A DNA stretch of 32,000 nt from Magnetococcales bacterium (lineage in GTDB: Bacteria > Pseudomonadota > Magnetococcia > Magnetococcales > Magnetaquicoccaceae), in the NCBI GenBank assembly GCA_015233035.1, contig JADFYM010000004.1, positions 5,839 to 37,838 on the forward strand. The letters are read 5' to 3'. Positions 1-8,663 of this stretch are shown here, piece by piece. Position numbers and translations under genes: made by a program. Each line of letters begins with the position of its first letter. Position 1 is the first letter of the stretch. The notes below the pieces were generated by a model, which was given only the letters and a program-made list of their open reading frames with translations, did no database searches and was not told the DNA's origin.

Positions 1-36
1 CTGGACCCGCAATAATTGAAAATGATTAAAAAAAGG
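1..36 (-). repeat. Tail of a GC-rich multi-hairpin intergenic repeat (copy A), truncated by the window edge
   Basis: ctggaccc...gaaaatgatt...aaaaaaa at 1-34 parallels ctggacccctgaaaatgattgcaaaaag at 11453-11480 (copy C). It lies directly 3' of the dabA stop at 51-53, the same placement as copy C after the transpeptidase gene. Confidence 0.45.
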
Positions 37-50
37 AATGGCCACCCCCC

Positions 51-3000
51 TCACCCCCTGTTCACCACAAATGCCGGTGGCAACGGACCATCCCGCCCAC
101 TGTACCAGTCCGCCGACTTGGCAACCGTGACCAATGGCTGCAACGGCTCAGACCATAACGCCCACCCCTCCCCCGGCCTGAACAGATGAATTTGCGCACT
201 CTCCGGCTCCTTGGCCGCCAGAATGATCCAGGCATTGTCCACCAACTCGCGAATCATGGGCTGGCGGGCATGAATGCGGGTCAACACCTCCGGCATTTGT
301 TCCACAATCACCAACAAACGCATGGGTTCATGGATCTCGATCATCTGCTTGGGCAAACCCGTGCGCAAATCCGAAGCGGCCCCATCCATCACTCCCAACA
401 GACCCGTCACATTGTGCATCACCTTGGAACCACAGCCAAAACGATCATTGTTCACGGTGGAAAAATAATATTCCAGACTGATGCCCGCGCCCACCGGACC
501 CGCCGCCAGCAAAATGCTTTCGACAATCGTGCCCTCTGGATCCGAGGTCGGATCATAGGAGATCAAAAACAGACGGCGATCAAAAAAGAGACCTTGCGCC
601 ACCGCCCGCCGCCCGATCAAGGCCACGGCATTGGTCACGTGCCCCAATTCCGGGCGCGCCTGACTGAAATCATGGCTGCGCCCCATCACATGGGCCAAAG
701 CCTGCCCCGGCGTGGACCAGCGGGGTGCCGAGGCCAAACGTCGGCACCGCTCGTGGGCGGAACCGGCACTGGCCACCGCCAATTGGGCCTGCAAGCGGTC
801 CAACGCTGGCCGGAAGGTATCGGGCAGTTGGTCCAAGTCATACCAGGTCATCTCTTCGCTGGCCGTGTTGCGTTCCATACCCAAAAACCAGGTATCGGCG
901 GACAGATCGATCCCTCGTTGGTGCAACAAGTGGCGCACGACCGGACGATTGGCCATGGCAGCAAACACCCGGGCATTGGGACCGCCATGCCGACCACTGC
1001 ACGCGCCACAGTCATAGGCACTCAAATGGGGATTGTTTTGACTCATGGAACCATGGCCCACCAGAACGACCAGCGGGGCGAAATGGTCGGTCAGGCCGAT
1101 GGTGCGCAAAAATTTTTCCACCCACTGGGCCTGTTCACCGTCGGTCAGCCCCAGACGGGGCTGCGCACTGCGCGCCGGTGGCGCGTCCTCTGCCGCCGTC
1201 AGGGTCAATTGCGTCGGGATGGCGGGATCAAACCAGGCCTGCCACCGCGCCAGCACCCGTCCCGTGGCCAAGGGTGCGATCAGTTTGCCGATCAACCACA
1301 CCACCGCCCCCGGTGCCGCCAGCAGACTCCAGAACAACGGGCGCAACAGACCCAAACGGGTAAACTGATGCAGTTGCTCCTGCACCAGCAACCGGTATCG
1401 CCGTCGCTGACGATGACGAAGGTAACCGGCGGCCAGACTCGGCCCCCCCGGCTGGCCATCGGCGGCCTCTGCCGCGTCCTGTTCCTGCTGCCCATCCAAC
1501 GCGAAAGACTCCGCAATTTTTGCATCCACCCCGTCCGTCCGACCGGTGTAGCCCAGACAAGAACCCTGTTCTGCTTGAGCCGCACCGAGTGCCTCCTCCC
1601 GCACCTGATGCGCGGGTGTCACCACGACCGGGCAAAGGGCGGCAAAACCGGCATCGTCCAACCCCTGCCAGTAGATCGGCACCCCAAAAAAACCGGCGGC
1701 TCCCAGGGTTTCAATCTGCGCATCCGCCTCCTCCAGATGGCGTCGAACCCCCTCCTCCCGGTCATCCATGCAAAAAATCAATTGGCTGGCGGGCGATACG
1801 GTGCGCCTGGCCCACCGCCCGCGCCCCTGATTTTGCACCAGGGCATTCAACACGGTATTGCGATAGTGGCGTTCATAGGCCTGCAACCAGATCAGCCCCG
1901 CCCGATCCGCATCCAGACGGGTCAAACAATCCGCAAAGATGGCCACTTGCGCCGCCGTCAGAGTGCGCCACTCCTGCGCCGTCACCCCCAGATGCTGGGC
2001 CAGCAAAAACAGCGACCAGGCCTGCCCCCTGGCCGTCTCGATGCCCCGCTGACCGGCCGCATGACGGCCAATCCGCAACAGCCGCGCCAGGGCATACCAT
2101 TGCGCCTCGGTCGGCGGACTCTCGGCAGACTGGCCCAGCAACCGTGCGGCATAAGAAGCCATATATTCCGGCAAGTGGTCGTTGAACACCGACCAGCGCA
2201 CCAAAAATTCGGCACTGTGCGCGCGAAAATACCAGCGCAACGTCTCCAGCCGGGGTTCCACCAGCCACAGGCCACGACACAGGCGCATGGCATGGAGACG
2301 CTCCAGCAGCAGACTGACCGCCAGATAGTCCAGCATATTGACCCGCTCCGGGACCAACCCCTCATAACCGGGATGTTGCTGTCGCCACATCACCATCCCC
2401 GACCAGCCGGGCAGGCGCAAGGCCAACTGTTCCAGATAAGCCAGCCACCGCTCTTCGGGCAGACCCATGCGGGACAACAGCGTGATCACGCTCTCCACCG
2501 GATCATCGCTGATGCTCTCAATCTCCTCGCGCCAGTTGACCAGTTCTTCGGGCAGAAAAGACCAATCCTGCAAGGCCTGTCTGCGCCAGGCGGCCAAAAA
2601 ACCCATCTGACGGTCGGGATAGGACCAACCGGCCAGCCCCTGATCCAGATAACCCGCCAAATGACGCAACAGGAGCGGACGCACCGCAGCAAAAATATCC
2701 TCGCCCGTCAAGGCCGCCAGCATCCCGCTCAGGGTCCATTCCGGTCCCAGCCGCGCCAGCAGTCGATCCGTGAGCGCGCCCGCCTCATCCCGGACCAGGA
2801 CCGAAAACAGTCGGGCATCCAGATCGGAACCCTGAACGGATTCGGGCGAAAAATATTCCAAAAGATCATCCAGTTGCTCTTCCGGGTGCTGGGTGGGGTG
2901 GCGCGTTTTCAGGTGTGCCGTACAGGCCCGCCACAAATCGGCCACCGCTTCGGCTTCGGCCTCCGGCCCAGCCACTGTGGCGCGCCAATGCAATCGAATG

Positions 3001-3458
3001 GCCTCATCCAGATCCGGTTGCAGACGGGTCAACGACTGCTGCTCTTCCTGTTGCCAACGCAGTTGGCACGCCTGCAACGGATGCAGATCTTTCAACAGGG
3101 CCACCCGATAGAGATCCAGCCGACGGAGCGGACCCCGTTGCAACACCGCCACCTCCTGCCCAGCCTCCAGGTCCGGGACCAGCAGCAGTTCGGTTTCCAG
3201 GTCGGACCAGGCAATCCGGCCCTGCTGAAAAACGGCCCGAAACTGCGCCGCAGACCAATAGCCATGAATACCCGTCACCTGTCTGGCCTGCTGCAAGGCC
3301 TCTGGAAACGGCAGATGCTGAAAGCCATGCAGGGTATTGTGGTGAATAAAGTCACGCAGCGGGGCCTGGCCCGGCAGATGGTGTTCCAGATGATGCACCC
3401 ACGCCAACAGCCGTTGCTGCATCGGGATGGCGGTATCGGTCAGCGTATCGGTCATCAT
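51..3458 (-). CDS. dabA: DabA-like DUF2309 protein (putative inorganic-carbon pump subunit with a beta-carbonic-anhydrase-like site), 1135 aa
   Basis: N-terminal PLRDFIHHNTLH. FCMDDREE motif (Cys563 at 1770-1772, Asp565 at 1764-1766). VGHGS...AYDCGACSGRHGGPNAR (His802 at 1053-1055, Cys817 at 1008-1010). ATG at 3456-3458 forms an ATGA overlap with the stop of the upstream membrane-subunit gene. Confidence 0.85.
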   Translation of the reverse strand: MMTDTLTDTAIPMQQRLLAWVHHLEHHLPGQAPLRDFIHHNTLHGFQHLPFPEALQQARQVTGIHGYWSAAQFRAVFQQGRIAWSDLETELLLVPDLEAGQEVAVLQRGPLRRLDLYRVALLKDLHPLQACQLRWQQEEQQSLTRLQPDLDEAIRLHWRATVAGPEAEAEAVADLWRACTAHLKTRHPTQHPEEQLDDLLEYFSPESVQGSDLDARLFSVLVRDEAGALTDRLLARLGPEWTLSGMLAALTGEDIFAAVRPLLLRHLAGYLDQGLAGWSYPDRQMGFLAAWRRQALQDWSFLPEELVNWREEIESISDDPVESVITLLSRMGLPEERWLAYLEQLALRLPGWSGMVMWRQQHPGYEGLVPERVNMLDYLAVSLLLERLHAMRLCRGLWLVEPRLETLRWYFRAHSAEFLVRWSVFNDHLPEYMASYAARLLGQSAESPPTEAQWYALARLLRIGRHAAGQRGIETARGQAWSLFLLAQHLGVTAQEWRTLTAAQVAIFADCLTRLDADRAGLIWLQAYERHYRNTVLNALVQNQGRGRWARRTVSPASQLIFCMDDREEGVRRHLEEADAQIETLGAAGFFGVPIYWQGLDDAGFAALCPVVVTPAHQVREEALGAAQAEQGSCLGYTGRTDGVDAKIAESFALDGQQEQDAAEAADGQPGGPSLAAGYLRHRQRRRYRLLVQEQLHQFTRLGLLRPLFWSLLAAPGAVVWLIGKLIAPLATGRVLARWQAWFDPAIPTQLTLTAAEDAPPARSAQPRLGLTDGEQAQWVEKFLRTIGLTDHFAPLVVLVGHGSMSQNNPHLSAYDCGACSGRHGGPNARVFAAMANRPVVRHLLHQRGIDLSADTWFLGMERNTASEEMTWYDLDQLPDTFRPALDRLQAQLAVASAGSAHERCRRLASAPRWSTPGQALAHVMGRSHDFSQARPELGHVTNAVALIGRRAVAQGLFFDRRLFLISYDPTSDPEGTIVESILLAAGPVGAGISLEYYFSTVNNDRFGCGSKVMHNVTGLLGVMDGAASDLRTGLPKQMIEIHEPMRLLVIVEQMPEVLTRIHARQPMIRELVDNAWIILAAKEPESAQIHLFRPGEGWALWSEPLQPLVTVAKSADWYSGRDGPLPPAFVVNRG

Positions 3459-4924
3459 CGATACCCCGCAAAGAGAGTCACAAAATGGCGCACAGAACCG
3501 GCGATCAGGTGCAACAGGGGGGCGGGGACCACGCCCAGAAACAAAATCCAGATCATCAACAGGCCAACGGTGACACTCTCCAGAAAGGTCAGATCAGAGA
3601 CGGCAACGGTCTGGGCCGGGAGTGGACCGGTGCACAAATGGCCGATGGTGCGCACCGAATAGGCGGCACTGATGATCATGCCCAGACTGAGCCACAACAC
3701 CAGCCAACCCCACTGCTGAAATCCGCCCAGGAGGACATGCCATTCGGCAATAAACCCAATGGTGCCCGGCATCCCGATGGCCGCGACCAGGGCCAAGGAG
3801 AGGCAGACGACAAAACGGGGGGCCGTCTTGAGCAGGGAGCCATAGTCACCCACCGCACGGGTATGGGTACGCTGGTAGAGGAGGCCGACCAGCAAAAACA
3901 GAGCCGCCGCCGACAGACCGTGGGCCACCATCTGCGTTACCGCCCCCAGCACACCCGCCACCGTGAGCGAGGCAATGCCCAGCAACACCAACCCCATATG
4001 GCTGATGGAAGAGTAGGCCACCATGGCCTTGAGATCGGTTTGCCGCCACGCCAACACGGCACCATAGATCAAGGAGAACAGGGCAAACGCCATCAGCCAG
4101 CTTTGCAAGGCCAGCACGGCCAACGGCAACATGGCGGCGGCCCGAATCAACCCGTAGGCACCCATCTTGAGCAACACGCCCGACAGCAGAATGCTCACCG
4201 GACTGGGGGCCTCCACATGGGCCAGCGGCAACCAGCCATGGATGGGGAAAACGGGTATCTTGACCCCAAAGCCAAGCAAAAATCCAAAAAAAATCAATAT
4301 CTGCGTCTTGGACGATGCGGCGCGGAGACCGGTTGTCATCGTCTCCATGGCAAAGCTGTCCACATGGGCCGCATCAAAACCCAACAGCAGGCCGACCAGC
4401 AAAAAGACCGATCCGCCCATGGTATAGAGCACCAGATTGAGGGCCGCCTGTTGGCGGCGCACCCCTCCCCAACGGTTGACCAGAAAAAAGAGGGGAATCA
4501 AGGTGAGTTCCCAAAAAATATAAAACAGGGACCAATCCTGGGCCATGAACACACCCAACATGCCCATTTCCAGGAGGAGCATAAACAGATAAAACCCTCG
4601 GCGGTGGTCGCGAATGGAAGCCGAAGAGAGCAAGGCGACAAAGGACAACAAGGTGGCCAGCAAAATCATGGGCAACGAAAAGCCATCCACACCCAGCAGG
4701 TAGGAACTGCCGGTTGGTACCAGCCAGGGCTGTCTTTCCACAAACTGGACAGCGGCGGTGGTCGGATCAAACGCCGCCAACAACCCCCACGCCACCCACA
4801 GGGTGACACCGGAAGCGGACAAGGCAATGCTGCGCGCATACCGGCTATGCCGTTCTGGCAACAGACCAATCAAAATCACCCCCAACAGGGGCAGAAACAG
4901 CATCAGGGTCAATGGCTTGGTCAT
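3455..4924 (-). CDS. dabB: Proton-conducting antiporter-like membrane subunit partnered with DabA; ND4/NuoM/NdhD/MrpD-type, 489 aa
   Basis: Motifs GVDGFSLPMILL, FWELTLIPLFFLVNRWGG, VKIPVFPIHGWLPLAHVEAPSPVS and LLKMGAYGLIR; polytopic hydrophobic protein. Start moved from 5140 to the internal ATG at 4922-4924 (MTKPLTLMLFLPLLG...), because the 72-aa upstream extension is Cys/Arg/Pro-rich junk. Confidence 0.75.
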   Translation of the reverse strand: MTKPLTLMLFLPLLGVILIGLLPERHSRYARSIALSASGVTLWVAWGLLAAFDPTTAAVQFVERQPWLVPTGSSYLLGVDGFSLPMILLATLLSFVALLSSASIRDHRRGFYLFMLLLEMGMLGVFMAQDWSLFYIFWELTLIPLFFLVNRWGGVRRQQAALNLVLYTMGGSVFLLVGLLLGFDAAHVDSFAMETMTTGLRAASSKTQILIFFGFLLGFGVKIPVFPIHGWLPLAHVEAPSPVSILLSGVLLKMGAYGLIRAAAMLPLAVLALQSWLMAFALFSLIYGAVLAWRQTDLKAMVAYSSISHMGLVLLGIASLTVAGVLGAVTQMVAHGLSAAALFLLVGLLYQRTHTRAVGDYGSLLKTAPRFVVCLSLALVAAIGMPGTIGFIAEWHVLLGGFQQWGWLVLWLSLGMIISAAYSVRTIGHLCTGPLPAQTVAVSDLTFLESVTVGLLMIWILFLGVVPAPLLHLIAGSVRHFVTLFAGYR

Positions 4925-5151
4925 GGGTCGAAACGGGTCAGGTCCTTCAGACGGTGGACAGCACCGGCACAGAAAACAGGTGGGTTGGCATGGACAGACA
5001 ATACGGGCATGCGGATGATACCTGACCAGGAAGGGGCGCAGATTCCACCTGGGGAGAGACAGACAAACCAGTCTGCACGTGGCGATCCGATTAGCAGGAA
5101 GCCAATCCAACAGGCCATCGTGCGGCAAGGTCTTGCGCATCGTTGCGGCTA

Positions 5152-5173
5152 CCAGGGGGGAAAATCCCCCCGC
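5152..5173 (-). repeat. Solo GC hairpin module (G6-AAAAT-C6) related to the central hairpin of the repeat family
   Basis: accaggggggaaaatcccccc resembles ccagggggataatccccctgg of copy C. It lies about 30-50 nt after the gapR stop in the same orientation as copies A and C. No U-tract follows. Confidence 0.35.
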
Positions 5174-5203
5174 CCCCCCTGCAAACTCGGCTTTGTGTCT
5201 CCC

Positions 5204-5473
5204 CTACTCCATCCCCAACGCCTGCATATACACCTGGATCAAGGTCTCCTCTTCATCAATATCACGGGGATCCATCTTGCGCAATCGAATCACTTTGCGA
5301 ATAATCTTGGGATCAAAACCGCCACTCTTGGCCTCGGCATAGACCTCCCGGACATGCTCCGCCAACACCGACTTTTCCTCTTCCAAACGTTCAATACGCT
5401 CAATCAGTTGCCGTAACTGCTCCCCTTCAATATCATCTACCGTTTCGTTTGCCACCCTGTCACCCCTTGTCAA
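5204..5473 (-). CDS. gapR: GapR-like DUF2312 nucleoid-associated protein (about 83-89 aa)
   Basis: QLRQLIERIERLEEEKSVLAEHVREVYAEAKSGGFDPKIIRKVIRLRKMDP...ETLIQVYMQALGME matches the GapR/DUF2312 pattern. There is no ATG start: TTG at 5471-5473, or GTG at 5453-5455 preceded by AAGGGG. Start is uncertain. Confidence 0.8.
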   Translation of the reverse strand: MTRGDRVANETVDDIEGEQLRQLIERIERLEEEKSVLAEHVREVYAEAKSGGFDPKIIRKVIRLRKMDPRDIDEEETLIQVYMQALGME

Positions 5474-5484
5474 GAAACCACCCC

Positions 5485-5522
5485 AAAAAAAAGGGGGGGG
5501 GTGCGCGGACGCATCCCCCCCC
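5485..5522 (-). terminator. Rho-independent terminator of htpG
   Basis: Minus strand reads G8-A-TGCG-TCCG-CGCA-C9 followed by T8 (plus-strand A8 at 5485-5492, G9 at 5493-5501, C8 at 5515-5522). It begins 10 nt after the htpG stop. Confidence 0.7.
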
Positions 5523-5531
5523 TGCCCACCG

Positions 5532-7493
5532 TTACAGCAAATTGTTCAAACGACGCACAAAATCCGCCGGATCCTCAATCTGGCCTCCTTCACACAACAA
5601 AGCCTGATTGAAGAGTATATGGCACAGATCATCAAACCGTTGCCCTTCGGTCTCGGCCTGCAAGCGCAGCAGCAGAGCATGATCCGGGTTGACCTCCAGA
5701 ATGCGCTTGGCACCCGGAATTTCCTGGCCAGCATCCTTGAGAATCCGTTCCATGGTGGCACTCATGTCATACTCACCGCCCACCAGACAAGAGGGCGAAT
5801 CGACCAGACGATGGGTCGTGCGGACCTCCTTGACAGTCTCGCCCAGTGCCGTTTTGATGCGCGTCACCAGATCCTTGAACCGATTTTCCGTCTCTTCCCG
5901 ATCTTTTTTCTGTTCTTCGTCATCCAGTTTGCCCAGATCCAGATCGCCCTTGGTCACCGACTGGAGCGATTTACCTTCAAATTCATGCAAATGGGAGACA
6001 AACCATTCGTCCACCCGGTCGGACAGCAACAACACCTCCAGCCCTTTCTTGCGGAAAATTTCCAGGTGCGGGCTTTTGCGCGCCGCCACGTGGGTCTCGC
6101 CGGTCACATAATAAATTTTCTCCTGCTCCGGCTTCATGCGGGCAATATAGTCGGCCAGCGACACCGTCTGCGCTTCCGCATCCGTATGGGTGGAGGCAAA
6201 GCGCAACAATTTGGCCAGACGCGCCTTGTTGGCATAATCCTCAATGATCCCCTCCTTGAGCACCTTGCCAAAGGTCTTCCACAGGGTCTGATATTTTTCC
6301 GGCTCTTTTTCCGCCAACTCTTCCAGCAGACCGTACACCTTGCCAACCGCCCCCTTGCGAATGGCCTCGACCACCTGGTTTTTCTGCAAAATCTCCCGGG
6401 AAACATTGAGGGGCAAGTCCGTGGTGTCGATCAGGCCACGCACAAAGCGCAGATAGCGCGGCATCAACTCTTCGGCACCCTCCATGATGAAGACCCGGCG
6501 GACATACAGCTTGACCCCATGCTTGCGCTCCCGGTCCCATAAATCGAAGGGGGCCCGCTGCGGCAGATACAGGAGCAAGGTGTACTCATACTTGCCTTCC
6601 AGGCGCACGTGCAGATGGGCCAGCGGCTCCTCAAAATCATGGGCAACATGTTTGTAAAACTCGGTATACTCCTCCTCGGTGATCTCGCTTTTGGGGCGCG
6701 TCCACAAGGCCGAGGCCCGGTTCACCTTCTCCCACTTTTCCACAGGTTCCGCAGCGGCGGCCTTGTCCGCCGACTCCTCCCCCTTGTCCTCGTCGGTCGC
6801 CGCCTCTTTTTCCTCCGCCTCATCCGGTGCAGCGGTCTCTTTGGTCAGCATCATGATGGGCCAGGAGACATGATCGGAAAATTTGCGAATAACGGAACGC
6901 AACCGCCAACCATCCAAAAATTCCTTCTCATCCTCGCGCAGGTGCAGGATCACGGACGTGCCATGTGCGGCCTGCTCAACGGTCTCCAGGGTATACTCGC
7001 CATCACCGGCAGACTCCCAGCGCACCCCCGCATCGACGGGATCTCCCGCCCGGCGCGTCAACAAGGTCACTTTGTCCGCCACCACAAAGGCCGAATAAAA
7101 TCCCACCCCAAACTGACCGATCAGATGGGCATCCTTGACCTGCTCACCGGACAGTGACTGCATGAACTCTTTGGTACCCGACTGGGCAATCGTCCCAATA
7201 TTGGCCATCACCTCTTCCCGGTTCATGCCAATGCCGTTGTCGGAGACGGTGACGGTTCGCGCCTCACTGTCAAACACCACCCGGATCTCCAGGTTGGGAT
7301 CTCCCTCATACAGGGCATCGTTGGCCAGTGCGGCAAAGCGCAGCTTGTCCGCCGCATCCGAGGCATTGGAAATCAGTTCCCGCAAAAAGATCTCTTTGTT
7401 GCTGTACAGAGAGTGGATCATGAGATCCAATAGTTGCCGAACTTCTGTCTGGAATGCCCGTGTTTCCTTCTGTGTCGTATCACTCATGACCAC
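5532..7493 (-). CDS. htpG: Molecular chaperone HtpG (Hsp90), 653 aa
   Basis: [44 protein letters not shown] is the canonical HtpG N-terminus. GTG at 7491-7493 lies 6 nt after GGAGG; the alternative ATG at 7485-7487 is two codons in. Confidence 0.95.
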   Translation of the reverse strand: MVMSDTTQKETRAFQTEVRQLLDLMIHSLYSNKEIFLRELISNASDAADKLRFAALANDALYEGDPNLEIRVVFDSEARTVTVSDNGIGMNREEVMANIGTIAQSGTKEFMQSLSGEQVKDAHLIGQFGVGFYSAFVVADKVTLLTRRAGDPVDAGVRWESAGDGEYTLETVEQAAHGTSVILHLREDEKEFLDGWRLRSVIRKFSDHVSWPIMMLTKETAAPDEAEEKEAATDEDKGEESADKAAAAEPVEKWEKVNRASALWTRPKSEITEEEYTEFYKHVAHDFEEPLAHLHVRLEGKYEYTLLLYLPQRAPFDLWDRERKHGVKLYVRRVFIMEGAEELMPRYLRFVRGLIDTTDLPLNVSREILQKNQVVEAIRKGAVGKVYGLLEELAEKEPEKYQTLWKTFGKVLKEGIIEDYANKARLAKLLRFASTHTDAEAQTVSLADYIARMKPEQEKIYYVTGETHVAARKSPHLEIFRKKGLEVLLLSDRVDEWFVSHLHEFEGKSLQSVTKGDLDLGKLDDEEQKKDREETENRFKDLVTRIKTALGETVKEVRTTHRLVDSPSCLVGGEYDMSATMERILKDAGQEIPGAKRILEVNPDHALLLRLQAETEGQRFDDLCHILFNQALLCEGGQIEDPADFVRRLNNLL

Positions 7494-7545
7494 TACCCAC
7501 CTCCAAAGTCAAAACAAAAAAAAGGAACATCCCCCCCCCAGTCCT

Positions 7546-7577
7546 TATATGGGATGTCACCCAGGCGGGCGCAAGGG
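7546..7577 (-). promoter_or_regulatory. Candidate sigma32-type heat-shock promoter for htpG
   Basis: Minus strand reads CCCTTGCG (7570-7577), a 15-nt spacer, then TCCCATATA (7546-7554). Compare the consensus CCCTTGAA-N13-17-CCCCATNT. It sits about 55 nt upstream of the htpG start. Confidence 0.4.
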
Positions 7578-7591
7578 GCAGCCCCGGAAAA

Positions 7592-8545
7592 TTATCGCTG
7601 GAGTGTGCGCGCAAAATAATCAATCGTCTTGCGCAACCCCTCCTCCAGGGCCACCCGTGGTTCCCAGCCCAGTTGAGCACGGGCCAGGGCAATATCGGGT
7701 TGACGCTGCTGCGGATCATCGGCGGGCAGAGGCTTCAGGACCACCGAAGCACGCGACCCCGTCAATTCAATAATTTTTTCCGCCAGATACAGTACGGGAT
7801 ACTCGCCGATGTTGCCCAGATTGACCGGACCGGTAAACGCATCGGGGGTATCCATCAAACGGACAATACCCTCGATCAGATCATCCACATAACAAAAAGA
7901 GCGCGTCTGTGTGCCACTGCCATACACCGTGATCGACTGGTTGCGCAGGGCCTGCACAATAAAATTGGACACCACCCGCCCATCGTTCGGGTGCATGCGC
8001 GGCCCATAGGTATTAAAAATGCGCGCCACCTTGATGCGCAAATTGTGCTGGCGACGATAATCAAAAAAAAGCGTCTCCGCACACCGTTTGCCTTCATCAT
8101 AGCAGGAGCGGGGACCAATGGGATTGACATGCCCCCAATAACTCTCCGGTTGCGGATGCACCTGCGGATCGCCATACACCTCGCTGGTGGAGGCCTGAAA
8201 AATTTTGGCCTTCACCCGCTTGGCCAACCCCAGCATATTGATCGCCCCATGGACACTGGTTTTGGTCGTCTGCACCGGGTCAAACTGATAGTGTACGGGG
8301 GAAGCCGGACAGGCCAGATTGAATATTTCGTCCACTTCCACATACAGAGGAAAGGTGACATCGTGCCGGATCAATTCAAAATGGGGGTTATCCATCAGGT
8401 GGATAATATTTTCTTTGGACCCGGAAAAAAAATTATCCACACACAGGACATCACAACCGTCCCGCAACAACCGTTCGCACAAATGGGATCCCAAAAATCC
8501 AGACCCACCGGTCACCAACACACGTCTTTCGCTGAACTGTCGCAT
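7592..8545 (-). CDS. uxs: UDP-glucuronate decarboxylase (UDP-xylose synthase), extended SDR, 317 aa
   Basis: [20 protein letters not shown]...[12 protein letters not shown]...[10 protein letters not shown]...[11 protein letters not shown]...[23 protein letters not shown] matches the UXS family pattern. Start moved from 8788 to the ATG at 8543-8545 (GAGGTG upstream), because the ORF-track extension reads through repeat copy B. Confidence 0.85.
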   Translation of the reverse strand: MRQFSERRVLVTGGSGFLGSHLCERLLRDGCDVLCVDNFFSGSKENIIHLMDNPHFELIRHDVTFPLYVEVDEIFNLACPASPVHYQFDPVQTTKTSVHGAINMLGLAKRVKAKIFQASTSEVYGDPQVHPQPESYWGHVNPIGPRSCYDEGKRCAETLFFDYRRQHNLRIKVARIFNTYGPRMHPNDGRVVSNFIVQALRNQSITVYGSGTQTRSFCYVDDLIEGIVRLMDTPDAFTGPVNLGNIGEYPVLYLAEKIIELTGSRASVVLKPLPADDPQQRQPDIALARAQLGWEPRVALEEGLRKTIDYFARTLQR

Positions 8546-8663
8546 GAGCACCTCAACCCTTGAAATGATACACCAAAGGGTGAGCGAAACCGCGCACCCG
8601 GAGACCTGGATCATCCTGTCGGCCATTGCTGGGGGGCAAGAACCGCCCCCCCCCAGATTCCCC

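Noticed and set aside
186-3662. 1158-aa plus-strand ORF, the longest in the window
   Set aside because: It is codon-aligned antisense to dabA, which has clear DUF2309 motifs. Its translation is Q/R/H/G/P-rich low-complexity sequence with no recognisable domain. It is explained by the absence of TTA/CTA/TCA codons on the sense strand.
4925-5140. 72-codon N-terminal extension of the dabB ORF. Analogous extensions occur for uxs (8546..8788), the transpeptidase (12612..12797), rpsH, rpsL, rpsG, rplO, rpmD, rplB and rplX.
   Set aside because: The extensions lack homology-like sequence, and they read through repeats or overlap the upstream gene. Internal ATGs give canonical N-termini with Shine-Dalgarno-like sequences.
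3485-5416. 643-aa plus-strand ORF over dabB and gapR. Similar long ORFs occur at 12884..14080, 14342..15940, 15696..16829, 20042..21652, 23866..24900, 26443..27933 and 28932..30062.
   Set aside because: Each shares codon register with well-supported genes on the opposite strand (ribosomal proteins, secY, tuf, fusA, rpoA), and several run across multiple genes and intergenic gaps. These are shadow ORFs, not genes.
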